A stretch of DNA of 64,000 bases from Candidatus Cloacimonadota bacterium (GTDB taxonomy: Bacteria > Cloacimonadota > Cloacimonadia > JGIOTU-2): the NCBI GenBank assembly GCA_049903315.1, contig JBNGBT010000005.1, positions 32,001-96,000 of the forward strand, given 5' to 3'. Below the pieces are notes generated by a model, which was given only the letters and a program-made list of their open reading frames with translations, had not been told where the DNA came from and did no database searches. The position numbers and the translations under genes were made by a program. Shown here one piece after another: positions 39,440-49,475 of this stretch (positions within the stretch are counted from its first letter, which is position 1; each line of letters begins with the position of its first letter).

Positions 39440-40092
39440 TCGGATTTTCTTATAAATTTTGCAGGATTTCCAGCCCATATCTCATTATCAGGAATGTTTT
39501 TGAGCAAAACTGAACCCATTCCCAGAGCAGAATATTTCCCGATACTAACATTTTCGCGTACAGTTGCATTCAAGCCGACATGAACGCCTTCAGAAATATT
39601 CACAAAAGAACTGATACATGACTGTGCTGCGAGATGGCAAAAATCTCCGACCACAGAATTATGCCCGACAGTTGCTCCGGGCATGACCAAACTGCAACAT
39701 CCGATTTTTACTCCCGTAGATATACTTGCATTCGGCATGATCACTGCTCCCGCATTTATGAGAACTTTCGGAGCAATATATGCGGTTGGATGAATAAATG
39801 TTGCTAATGATGTCCGTGGTATGCCCAAATCCCGAAATAGAGTTATGCGGGTTTCCTGCCCGTCAATCCGGTATATTGTGTTTATGAAATGATATCCAGC
39901 ATCGATAAATTTATTCACCTCATGCAATGTGCCAAGAACAGGGAATTCCTCAATACTTTCCCCTTTGCCGATCCTGTCATTGAGATAGCCTGCGAATTCA
40001 TATTCATGTGAACCTCGTTTGTGTGCATCACAGATCGCACCTGCAATGACAGAACCATTTCCGAGTCCACCCAAAATTATAACTTTTTTCAT
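39436..40092 (-). CDS. NeuD/PglD-family sugar acyltransferase (hexapeptide)
   Basis: IILGG-GNG, TFIHP, GHNSVVG, WAGNPAK. Confidence 0.85.
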   Translation of the reverse strand: MKKVIILGGLGNGSVIAGAICDAHKRGSHEYEFAGYLNDRIGKGESIEEFPVLGTLHEVNKFIDAGYHFINTIYRIDGQETRITLFRDLGIPRTSLATFIHPTAYIAPKVLINAGAVIMPNASISTGVKIGCCSLVMPGATVGHNSVVGDFCHLAAQSCISSFVNISEGVHVGLNATVRENVSIGKYSALGMGSVLLKNIPDNEIWAGNPAKFIRKSE

Positions 40093-40098
40093 ACTATC

Positions 40099-40830
40099 TT
40101 ATCCCAAAAATTTCTCTATTTTATAATATGGCTTTCTTCTGGATACCTGATTTAAAATTCGCATATTAGGCAAAATTCTGTCAAGAGCAAGCTCGACCAT
40201 TTTTTTAAGATCATACCCGCTGTTTCCTGCAAATCTTTTATCTCTATGAAGACTCACAACAGCATAATCCAAATGAAGCTTGTAAAACTGACTGAGTGTT
40301 GTTCCTGAATAAGCGAAAGGTTTTATGTGCTTATCATATACTTCTCTGTAAAAAGCCCTGAATACACCCATGTGTGGGGGATGATGAATTTTCGTGATAC
40401 AATTCGAAATATGAAAGAATATATTCGCAGGTATCGTTTTGCACAACGAGGCTTTTTGCGTTTCCCACATGGCGATTGCGATTTGTTTCTTATTGTCTTT
40501 CAAGGCATTTAAAAGTTTTGGAATGTCCTCCGGTTTGTCCTGCAGATCGGAATCCATTATCACAATTATATTTCCTGTTGCCTTTTCCAATCCCGCAGAA
40601 ATCGCGTTTGACTGCCCGAAATTTTTGGTGAGTTTGAGGATTTTAATTGCATTATACATATCATGATATGTCTTCAAGAGTGCGAAAGATTTATCAGAGC
40701 TGCCGTCATCCACAAAAATTATCTCATACTTAAGTGTCAGATAATCTAATACTGGAAGTAAGCGTTTTATTAATTCGGGAAGAACTTCTTGATCATTAAA
40801 AACAGGAATTATAATTGAAAGTTCAGGCAT
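40099..40830 (-). CDS. GT2 glycosyltransferase, ArnC/GtrB-like, lacking C-terminal TM helices
   Basis: IIPVFN, VDDGSSD, NFGQ, MDSDLQD, RFAG-SGY. Confidence 0.85.
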   Translation of the reverse strand: MPELSIIIPVFNDQEVLPELIKRLLPVLDYLTLKYEIIFVDDGSSDKSFALLKTYHDMYNAIKILKLTKNFGQSNAISAGLEKATGNIIVIMDSDLQDKPEDIPKLLNALKDNKKQIAIAMWETQKASLCKTIPANIFFHISNCITKIHHPPHMGVFRAFYREVYDKHIKPFAYSGTTLSQFYKLHLDYAVVSLHRDKRFAGNSGYDLKKMVELALDRILPNMRILNQVSRRKPYYKIEKFLG

Positions 40831-41812
40831 TTTTTTTGATATCCTTCTTATGAATTTGGATTAAAATACTCAAGAATCCTCCGATGAGAGCAGGAATTCC
40901 AGTGAGAATTAAAAAATTTAAAATTGAAACACTTAATGCAATTGAGGGTGGGACTCCAACCGATTCATAAAAGTAAACAAATGCTCCTTCACGCACACCA
41001 AAACCACTTATAGTAACAGGTATCAGCGAAATTATCTGAATGATCGGGACAAGAGCAAGGTGCGTCATGAATGGAATCTGAGCTCCGTATGCGCGGAATA
41101 CAATACTTACATTAATGATTGTCACAATCTGGAAGATTATCATAATTGGAATAACACGAATGATAATTTTTCCGAAAGGAAGGTCGGTGAAAGCTCCATG
41201 CAATGAAAGAATGAATGAAATAAGCTTTTTACAATGTTTTGGTTTTTGAGCACGGGTGGACAATTTTATGTAAATCTTCTTATGAGAGATGAGGATGAAT
41301 AGAAATGAAATGAAAATGATAACTGCGAATAAAATAATTCTACTAATCGCTAATTGTTCAAGATGGGGAAGCGAAAAGCTGAATCCAATACCAATAAGGC
41401 AGAGAAGCAAGAATCCGAAAATTTTTTCAACAACAACAGTACTTCCTGCTTTGCCTGGAATGTCCGGATGTCGTTTTTCTATGAGATATAACCTGATAGC
41501 CGCAAATCCGTCGGACGAAGGGAGCATGATGCCCCAAAAAATGGAGATGAAATTGATTTTGAGGATTTGAAAAATTGTTTCTTTTATTCCGGAAAAATAC
41601 AGCATGATCTTCCAACGGAAAGCAGCAAGAAGCGGAATGAAAAACAATGTGATGATGAGTGAAATGAAAAGCCAGTTCGGATCTGGAATTTGAGAGAATC
41701 TCTTGAAAAAGGAGATATGATATTTATAAACAATAAAAATGAGGAGAAATACAGAAATGATGAGTTGTACTATCGGATAGATTTTTCGCAGTTTTCCCGA
41801 ATGTGAACTCAT
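40823..41812 (-). CDS. Lysylphosphatidylglycerol-synthase TM (UPF0104) flippase-like protein
   Basis: RW...LPSS, PVTISGFGVREG; polytopic. Confidence 0.85.
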   Translation of the reverse strand: MSSHSGKLRKIYPIVQLIISVFLLIFIVYKYHISFFKRFSQIPDPNWLFISLIITLFFIPLLAAFRWKIMLYFSGIKETIFQILKINFISIFWGIMLPSSDGFAAIRLYLIEKRHPDIPGKAGSTVVVEKIFGFLLLCLIGIGFSFSLPHLEQLAISRIILFAVIIFISFLFILISHKKIYIKLSTRAQKPKHCKKLISFILSLHGAFTDLPFGKIIIRVIPIMIIFQIVTIINVSIVFRAYGAQIPFMTHLALVPIIQIISLIPVTISGFGVREGAFVYFYESVGVPPSIALSVSILNFLILTGIPALIGGFLSILIQIHKKDIKKNA

Positions 41813-42744
41813 TGGACGATTTCCATCATTCTGTTTAAAGATTTCCTGGTTTTGTAAACGATTTCATCCGGGAGTGTGATCTCTTTTTTTTCTTCTGCTA
41901 ATGCTCGAACCGCTCTACGCAAAGTGGTTTTTTTCATGTCATCACAAAGCATTTTATTGCTCAGAGACACGATGTTCTTTTGGGGATAATGATATTTCAA
42001 CTGGTCATACAAGCCGTATTCCGTGCCGATGATAAGATTGTCATGTTCCTTTGCATAATCCAGCATCTGGCTTGTTGAGCAGACGACATCCGCTTCCTTG
42101 CAGACATCCAGCCTGCATTCCGGGTGAACGAGCAGGGTGTAGTCGGGATATTGCTCCCGAACTGCTAATGTTTCATCAAGAGTTATATCGTCATGGACAT
42201 AGCAGGTGCTGTCGAACATTATCAGTTCTCTGCTAAGTTTATATGAAACCCACATGCCGATGTTTTTGTCAGGAATGAAGATAACTTCTTTCGATTTTGG
42301 GATGGAAGCAACAACCTCAATTGCATTTGCAGATGTGCATGTTATTGTGCTTTCTGCTTTGAGTTCAGCAGAAGAATTTACATAGCAGACAATCTCTGCA
42401 TATGGATGTTTTTCTTTCAAAATTCTAAGATCAGCAACTGTTTTCATCTGGGCAAGACGGCAGTCAGCATCCGGATGCGCCATGATGACTTTTTTGTCAG
42501 GATTCAGGATTTTGGCAGTTTCTCCCATAATAATAATTCCACACAGCAAAATCATATCCGCATCAGTTTGAGCCGCAACCTTTGCCATTTGAAGCGAATC
42601 TCCCACATAATCTGCAAGCTTCTGTACATCCATGAACTGATAATTATGTGCGAGGATAAAGCAGTTTTTCTGAGCTTTCAATTCGCTTGCTAACATATAC
42701 AGATCTTTTTTAGATAGTGAATCCCAATTGAGGATTTTTTGCAT
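41809..42744 (-). CDS. nadA: Quinolinate synthase NadA homologue
   Basis: ILAHNYQ, GDS, ETAKIL, YVNSSA, CYVH, HPEC, GTE, C--MK; three Fe-S cysteines retained. Confidence 0.9.
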   Translation of the reverse strand: MQKILNWDSLSKKDLYMLASELKAQKNCFILAHNYQFMDVQKLADYVGDSLQMAKVAAQTDADMILLCGIIIMGETAKILNPDKKVIMAHPDADCRLAQMKTVADLRILKEKHPYAEIVCYVNSSAELKAESTITCTSANAIEVVASIPKSKEVIFIPDKNIGMWVSYKLSRELIMFDSTCYVHDDITLDETLAVREQYPDYTLLVHPECRLDVCKEADVVCSTSQMLDYAKEHDNLIIGTEYGLYDQLKYHYPQKNIVSLSNKMLCDDMKKTTLRRAVRALAEEKKEITLPDEIVYKTRKSLNRMMEIVQ

Positions 42745-42758
42745 GACGAACTCCGATA

Positions 42759-44051
42759 CTATGTATATTTATTTCCTATTTTCGATATGATAAATGGCGT
42801 CTTTCCACTCTTTTCCGGTTTTTCAAGTTGTGACACTTGTATAAACTTTAACTCGATCGCATTGCCCAATCGCTTTCTCAGACCGGTTTCAAGCCTTTGT
42901 TCGGAGGTATCATTATAAGTTTTATCAACAACTAATTTTACGTCAATATGATGAATGCTGTTTTGAATAAGCTGTGAGCAGATCACACCTTGCGCATTAT
43001 CGATTGAATGAGACATTACTGCACCGAGAATTCTACCGTCTGGAGTCTCGATATAATCACATTGCTTACCAAGTATTTTTTTTACCATTCTAAAATGGCG
43101 TCCGCACGCACACGTCGTATCCTCGCTCTCAGGAACGATCGCATCGTTGATCTTGTACCTGATTAACGGCATTGAAAAATTATAGAGACTCGTTCCAACA
43201 AGTTTTGATATTCCATCTTCTTTGATTATTTCATGATAGGCAAAGTCCTCGATTAAGTGCAGGTTTCCATGCTCGCATTCCGAGATCATAGCTGCACATT
43301 CATGCATAGAAAAGAAATTATGAATTTTGCATTTGAAAGATTTTTCTAGCAGATTTCTTTTTTCATCCGAGAGCGTTTCGCCATACGTTACGATTGATTG
43401 AGGAGGATGGATTTCTATTCCTGCATCATGTGCAAATGTAGCCAGCATGAGCAAGTCAAAAGGAAATCCCATGAAAAATTTTGGTCGTTTCCGGTTAATT
43501 TCTCGAATTACTCGCAAAGCCGAATCTCTGGACAACCGATTTGAATCAAATCTGAGAATATTGTAGAATGGATTGAATGTGTAATCAGTATCGGTGAAGT
43601 AATAACTTTGTATGCTGAATGTCCGCTTTCCCAGCCTGTATCCAGCCCAATTATAACTTCGGAGCAACGCAGCGATCTTGTTTGCCTGAACCGAATTATC
43701 TAAGATGAAATGAAGTGGTGTGCCTGTCGAACCGCTGGTAGAATCCCATGTGATACCGAATTTTGCCGCATTATTAGAAATCAACTTTTCTTTACATGAT
43801 CGAACTGTCTCTTTGTCCAGAAGAGGGAGGTGAGTTAGGTCCTCTCTTCCTCGAAATTTATTTATATCAAAATTTAATTTTTTAAACAGATCGCGATAAT
43901 ATGGAACCTGTTTTCCTGCGTGTTGCAACAGTTTTATTAATTTTTCATCATGAAATTTTTCGATTTGTTTTTTCGTCCAGAATTGGCTTTTCTGGTAAAA
44001 TCTATAACGTTTTAAAACCCTAAATGGGATATGAAAGATTGATTTTTCCAA
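42759..44051 (-). CDS. Phenylacetate-CoA ligase/CapK-like adenylate-forming enzyme
   Basis: STSGSTGTPL, GETL, SECEHG, MPLIRY. Confidence 0.85.
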   Translation of the reverse strand: MEKSIFHIPFRVLKRYRFYQKSQFWTKKQIEKFHDEKLIKLLQHAGKQVPYYRDLFKKLNFDINKFRGREDLTHLPLLDKETVRSCKEKLISNNAAKFGITWDSTSGSTGTPLHFILDNSVQANKIAALLRSYNWAGYRLGKRTFSIQSYYFTDTDYTFNPFYNILRFDSNRLSRDSALRVIREINRKRPKFFMGFPFDLLMLATFAHDAGIEIHPPQSIVTYGETLSDEKRNLLEKSFKCKIHNFFSMHECAAMISECEHGNLHLIEDFAYHEIIKEDGISKLVGTSLYNFSMPLIRYKINDAIVPESEDTTCACGRHFRMVKKILGKQCDYIETPDGRILGAVMSHSIDNAQGVICSQLIQNSIHHIDVKLVVDKTYNDTSEQRLETGLRKRLGNAIELKFIQVSQLEKPEKSGKTPFIISKIGNKYT

Positions 44052-44054
44052 AAT

Positions 44055-44948
44055 CTATTTTTCTTCAATTTGACGGATCAGTTCATATCGATCGAGTAAC
44101 TTCTGTGCGCTTCGAACCAGAGGTGGTCCGATAAAATTCCCATCAATGACTGCAATTGATCTGTTCCCATTATATATTTCCCGGGAGAGTGTAACAATAC
44201 TCTCGGCTCTTTCAATTTCTTCCGGAGAGGGCGTATAATAACGATTGGTTAACTCAATTTCTTTAGGATGGAGAAGCAATGAGCCTTCAAATCCGAGAAT
44301 TCGTGTAATTTTCAGTTTCTTTTTTAATTTTTCCAGATTATGAACATCAATATTCAAAGTGTCGATCGGAATAATTCCTGCAGAGCGGGCAGCATTTGCG
44401 ATCATTGATCTGGGGAAAAGGAGTGCAAATTCCGGGTCATGATGTACGCCGCATAAATCTGATAAATAGTCCTCACATCCAAAAGCAACTGCGATTATTC
44501 TTGTTGAACTGCTACAAATTTTTTGTATATTCATAACTGCGGCAGTGGTTTCTATAAGTGGAATTATCTTGAAGTTTCTTTTTACAAATCCCCCCTTTTT
44601 TTCATAATGCTGTAACAGTTCATCGAATTGTATAATCTCTTCAGATTCAAATACTTTCGGATAAAGAAAACCGAGAATGAACTCATGTGTAAGCTCATCT
44701 AACTCGTGTTCAAGCAAGCCGCTATCAATGTCATTCAATCGTATGAATACCTGTTTGTTCTTGAAGATGTCTGCTTTTAGCAGTTTTTTTATCTCTTCTC
44801 GTGCGAAAAGTTTTTCACTTTCCACAACGGAATCTTCCAGATCAAGGATCAGTGCATCTGCCTTTGAATTAACTGCTTTTCGGATCAAGTCTGGTCTATT
44901 TCCCGGGACGAACAGCATGCTTCTTAGAATATACGTTTTTGTATTCAT
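44055..44948 (-). CDS. CitE/HpcH-family acyl-CoA lyase
   Basis: RSMLFVPG, ILDLEDSV, LIET, FGCEDY, LGFEG--L-HP. Confidence 0.9.
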   Translation of the reverse strand: MNTKTYILRSMLFVPGNRPDLIRKAVNSKADALILDLEDSVVESEKLFAREEIKKLLKADIFKNKQVFIRLNDIDSGLLEHELDELTHEFILGFLYPKVFESEEIIQFDELLQHYEKKGGFVKRNFKIIPLIETTAAVMNIQKICSSSTRIIAVAFGCEDYLSDLCGVHHDPEFALLFPRSMIANAARSAGIIPIDTLNIDVHNLEKLKKKLKITRILGFEGSLLLHPKEIELTNRYYTPSPEEIERAESIVTLSREIYNGNRSIAVIDGNFIGPPLVRSAQKLLDRYELIRQIEEK

Positions 44949-45412
44949 ATTAATTTTTTGGGAACCAGAATATGGCGCCTAAGAGTGAGAACTAATTCAT
45001 TTTTTTGATTATACGCTTTTGTTTCTACAAAGATAATCCCTTCGTTTGTTTTTGTTTTTGATTCTCTAACATCTAAGATTATGGAACTCGCATGAATGGT
45101 GTCACCGATGAATACAGGCGCATTATGGACGATCTTTTCATAATCAAGATTTGCAATTGCTTTTCCGCTGATGTCAGGAACACTCATGCCCACGACCAGG
45201 CTGATAATGTAGGTGCCAACAACAACTCGTCTTTTAAAAACAGTCTTAGAAGCATAATCTTCATCAAGATGAAGGGGATGATGGTTCATGGTAAGCTGGC
45301 AAAAAAGGTTGTTGTCACTTTCTGTAATTGTCTTTTTGGGAAAATGTTTATATACGTCACCTTGAGAGAATTCTCCAAAATATTTTCCAAATATATTGTT
45401 CGTAGCATTCAT
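44945..45412 (-). CDS. MaoC-family dehydratase
   Basis: TITESDN-LF--LTMNHHPLH, ANL, PVFIGDTI. Confidence 0.9.
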   Translation of the reverse strand: MNATNNIFGKYFGEFSQGDVYKHFPKKTITESDNNLFCQLTMNHHPLHLDEDYASKTVFKRRVVVGTYIISLVVGMSVPDISGKAIANLDYEKIVHNAPVFIGDTIHASSIILDVRESKTKTNEGIIFVETKAYNQKNELVLTLRRHILVPKKLI

Positions 45413-45555
45413 TTTATATCCTTATATTTTAATCAGGATTCAAATTTCATGTAACTAAAATAGAAAATACAATAATAATGTAAAGTTTTCCAACATTAAT
45501 CAAACCAGAAAAATATGATAAAACAGGATGAACCGAAGTCATAGATGATACTCCT

Positions 45556-46743
45556 CTAAAGATATCTCAACCACCATTTTTCACGGTTATTGGTTTTATA
45601 CCTGTCATACCATTTGCATAAAGGGAACATAATCAAGATCACAATGACCCACACAAGATACACATATAAAAGACCGAAGCCAAAATTTGCAATTGATTCT
45701 GAGAAGAACACCTGCTTTGTAAGGATGTAATCACTCCAGTTTCGACCGGATAAAATCATCACTACTATTGCGAGGATATGAATGATATAGAGATGTATTA
45801 CATAGAAAAATAACGGTACCCGGCCAAAAATGATGATTTTATTTGTGAGTCTATTCTTGGAGTGCTCGATGATTGATAATAAAATTAGCGAAGGTCCCAT
45901 AGTCATCAAAAGAAATAGTAATGATGGGGGATATTTCGTTGGGTTAAAGAATGACATAACAGAGGAGATGAGGGATTTTTGAACGCTCCAATTCGTTGAG
46001 TCGCCATATATATTTAATAATCGAAATACAATAAATAACAGAGTAGAACTTATCCCAACATAGAGCAGCCATTTTCTTCTTTTTTGTGCTTTGAAATCTT
46101 TTTGATATAACGTGCCGAAAATATATCCTAGAGCCATTAATCCGATCCATGGAAGAATAGGGTAGACAAAATTAACTGCTGAATCTGAACCAAGTAAAAC
46201 CAGCTTTTGCTGATGGAGAGTGTACCAGATAAGATCAATAACAGATTTTCCACCAGCCTGAATAGGATCGAGTAAATTATGACTGAATACAAAAATAATT
46301 CCGATTGCCAGAATAATATATCTTGGTAAAAAAACTATTCCTGCTAAGTATATCATACATAGACCGATTGCCCAGATCACTTGCAGAATATGATAACTGA
46401 GAGTGATATCAAATGTCCATGCAAAATTGACGAAAATCAATTCTACGAACAGGAGCCAGATTCCCCGGGTGAATAAAAACCATGATAATGCTTTTATGCT
46501 TTTTCTGCGCGTCCCATACAGAAATGCGGAAATTCCTGCTAAAAAAATAAAAACAGGTGCACAGAAATGTGTTATCCATCTCGTAAAAAATAAGAGGGGA
46601 GTTGTCGTACTTGCATTAGCAGGGAAAGCGAAAAATGTTCCGAAGCCAAAAAAAATCCGGACGTGATCAAGTGCCATAATAATGATAACTATCCCACGGA
46701 GCAGGTCAATCGATCTTATCCTATAGTCTTGCATGTGTTCCAT
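45556..46743 (-). CDS. DUF1624/HGSNAT-like membrane acyltransferase
   Basis: SIDLLRG--I--MALDH, TRWITHFCAP, KYPPSL. Confidence 0.85.
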   Translation of the reverse strand: MEHMQDYRIRSIDLLRGIVIIIMALDHVRIFFGFGTFFAFPANASTTTPLLFFTRWITHFCAPVFIFLAGISAFLYGTRRKSIKALSWFLFTRGIWLLFVELIFVNFAWTFDITLSYHILQVIWAIGLCMIYLAGIVFLPRYIILAIGIIFVFSHNLLDPIQAGGKSVIDLIWYTLHQQKLVLLGSDSAVNFVYPILPWIGLMALGYIFGTLYQKDFKAQKRRKWLLYVGISSTLLFIVFRLLNIYGDSTNWSVQKSLISSVMSFFNPTKYPPSLLFLLMTMGPSLILLSIIEHSKNRLTNKIIIFGRVPLFFYVIHLYIIHILAIVVMILSGRNWSDYILTKQVFFSESIANFGFGLLYVYLVWVIVILIMFPLCKWYDRYKTNNREKWWLRYL

Positions 46744-47058
46744 TTAGTATGTCCTCATGATACGGTACTATAAATATGAAAGATACTACGCCTGAAAAAT
46801 ATGTAACCAGTTGCCTGATAAAATGTATTTCTCTCATTGCTGCGTCAAGATAATACGTGATACACTTGGACAAATATTGAAAAAGCGATGATTCAAAATC
46901 AGTAATTTAAATTTTTCTTTCAAGAATATTGACAAGCTTACATAAAAAAAATAATAAATTTTCGATTAATAAAATCAAGCTATGGCTATCAAAAATATGA
47001 AGAAAAAATTTCTTATAGAGAAAAATTACTGCACAAAAAACTTTCTTAAGGATGTGTT

Positions 47059-49374
47059 ATGGGAAACCTAGATATTACGATATTATATGTCGAAGATGAA
47101 GTGCTCATTCTCAATTCCGTGAGTATGATACTCGAAAAAAGAGTAAAAAAAGTGTACACAGCTCTCAACGGTGAGGAAGGATTAAAGCTCTTTGAAAAAT
47201 ATCGACCTGATGTGGTCATTGCAGATATCATCATGCCGGAGATGGATGGTTTGATGTTGGCCAGGAGGATAAGAGCGATCGATCCCTCCACTGTTATAAT
47301 AGTACTCTCCGCATTTGATAAGAAAGAAAACTTGCTGGAGGCAATTACTATTGGCATTGACCGTTTTTTACCAAAACCACTGAACTATGATCATTTACTA
47401 AGGATAATAAACGAATTACATTCTACCAAAATCCTTGAACGAAGGATTGAAAAAGAGAAAACCGCACGTCAGATGGCAGAGCTGGAACTCGCTAAAACAG
47501 AGAAGAAATATCATGATCTCTATGACAATGCACCTGATATGTATTTTTCAGTTTCACCAGAAGGCACCATTACCGCAGTCAACCAATTCGGTGCGGAATA
47601 TCTTGGATATACAAAGGAAGAGTTAATAGGAAAAGCTGTATGGATGGTCGTTCATCAAGATGATTTGAAAGAAGTAAAGAAGCAGGTCTCAGAGATATTC
47701 AAAAAGAAGGAGGAGTTCAGCGAACTCGAATTCCGGAAAGTATCAAAAGACGGATCAATACTCTATGTTCATGAGCGTACTCAACTCATTTTTGATGAAA
47801 GTGGTATGCCCTCTGAGATCAGAATTATTTGCAGGGATATCACAGACCGACAACGTATCCAGCACGCACTTGAGGAAAGTGAGGAGCGGTACAGACTGGT
47901 CGTAGAACAGACAGGCCAGGTTGTGTTTGATGCGGATTATTCAAATCAAACAATAGAATTTGTAGGTGCTGTTAATGAGTTGTTCGCATATACGCGAGAC
48001 GACATTTCAGAATTTCTTTCTTTTTCAGATGCCGTGTTACTTATTCATCCTGATGATAAAGATGATGCTTTGAACGCAATAAAAAAAGCAACAAAAACAA
48101 GCAAGCGCTTTCAGATAGAATGCAGGATACAGAAAAAGGATAAAAATTATTTATATGCATATGTGAAAGGTGTATGTCTTGTAGATAACGATGGCAAAGT
48201 AGTAAGAATACTAGGTTCTGTCGCAGATATTACTTTGAGAAAAGAAAACGAAGCAAAATTGCAAGAAATGCATGAATATGTCCGAAACCTTATAGAAAGC
48301 TCACTTACTATGTTCATATCAGTAGATAATGATAGAAAAATAATAGAGTTCAACAGCGCTGCCGAGAAGAATTTCGGGTATAAGAAAAAAGAGGTTGTTG
48401 GGGAGCATATAAAATTACTTTATGCTGATGCTGATGAATGCACAAGGATAGGAAAATTAATTCAGAAGAATGGCACGTTTTATGGAACAGCCCGAAATAA
48501 AAGAAAAAACGGTGAGGAATTTATCAGTTATATATCTTCTGCACTCATGGAGGATGCGCAAGGCAACCAGATCGGAAGTGTGGGAAATTCAATTGATATT
48601 ACTGAATCACAGGAAAGAGAAAAGGAACTGAAACTTAAAGAAGAGCTCTACAAAACCCTTATGGAAACTGTTCAAAATGGAGTTGCAATTCTTGATCTTG
48701 AAGGAAAGATAATCGTATGCAACAAGCAAAATGCTGAAATGTTTGGTTATGAAGAACCCCAGGAACTCATAGGGGTGCAGAGAATTGAATTTGTGACGCC
48801 TGATGATCGGGACAGAGTTGCAAGGAACATGCGAAATCTCCTTGAAACAAATAATGATATTACTCGTATGGAAGTAGAGTTGCTGAGAAAAGACGGCTCC
48901 ACTTTCCATGCTTATTTCAGCGCTTCAATCATACATGATGACGAGGGAAATCCCATACAGATAATGGATACCATAACTGATATTTCAGTTCGAATAAATA
49001 ATGGGGACGATCTTATAAAAAAAAAGGAGAGATATAAAGGGCTTCTGAACAATTTACCTATTGCAATTGAGGAGTTTGATAAATCCGGTATCGTAACTTA
49101 TGTAAATAATCAGGCATTAAAATTGTTCGGATATACCAGAGATGAGATGTTACGAACAGGTATAGGGAAAATGTTTAAGTCCGAAACAAATGATTCGAAC
49201 AGTATCAACAGCTATTTTGCAGATATTCTTCATAAAAAGCCCGAGCCCTCTGTCTGGAAAGGTTTGTTCACGAAAAAGAACGGAGAGGAAGCACCCGTTT
49301 CAATTGCATGGAACTATAAAAAGGATGAACATGACCGAATCGTTGGATTCATTGCAGTTGTGAATGAGGTCTAA
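47059..49374 (+). CDS. Response regulator receiver plus five PAS domains, no output domain
   Basis: YVEDE...DIIMPEMDG...KP receiver; PAS units ending RDIT, ADIT, IDIT, TDIS and VNEV-stop. Confidence 0.85.
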   Translation: MGNLDITILYVEDEVLILNSVSMILEKRVKKVYTALNGEEGLKLFEKYRPDVVIADIIMPEMDGLMLARRIRAIDPSTVIIVLSAFDKKENLLEAITIGIDRFLPKPLNYDHLLRIINELHSTKILERRIEKEKTARQMAELELAKTEKKYHDLYDNAPDMYFSVSPEGTITAVNQFGAEYLGYTKEELIGKAVWMVVHQDDLKEVKKQVSEIFKKKEEFSELEFRKVSKDGSILYVHERTQLIFDESGMPSEIRIICRDITDRQRIQHALEESEERYRLVVEQTGQVVFDADYSNQTIEFVGAVNELFAYTRDDISEFLSFSDAVLLIHPDDKDDALNAIKKATKTSKRFQIECRIQKKDKNYLYAYVKGVCLVDNDGKVVRILGSVADITLRKENEAKLQEMHEYVRNLIESSLTMFISVDNDRKIIEFNSAAEKNFGYKKKEVVGEHIKLLYADADECTRIGKLIQKNGTFYGTARNKRKNGEEFISYISSALMEDAQGNQIGSVGNSIDITESQEREKELKLKEELYKTLMETVQNGVAILDLEGKIIVCNKQNAEMFGYEEPQELIGVQRIEFVTPDDRDRVARNMRNLLETNNDITRMEVELLRKDGSTFHAYFSASIIHDDEGNPIQIMDTITDISVRINNGDDLIKKKERYKGLLNNLPIAIEEFDKSGIVTYVNNQALKLFGYTRDEMLRTGIGKMFKSETNDSNSINSYFADILHKKPEPSVWKGLFTKKNGEEAPVSIAWNYKKDEHDRIVGFIAVVNEV

Positions 49375-49475
49375 AATCAATTTTGTTAAAAAAGAATCTT
49401 GAAAAAGCAAGATTAAAGTGTTACATTTGATGCTTCTTTATTAAGGAGTACGAAAAAAACAATAAGGAGATTTAT

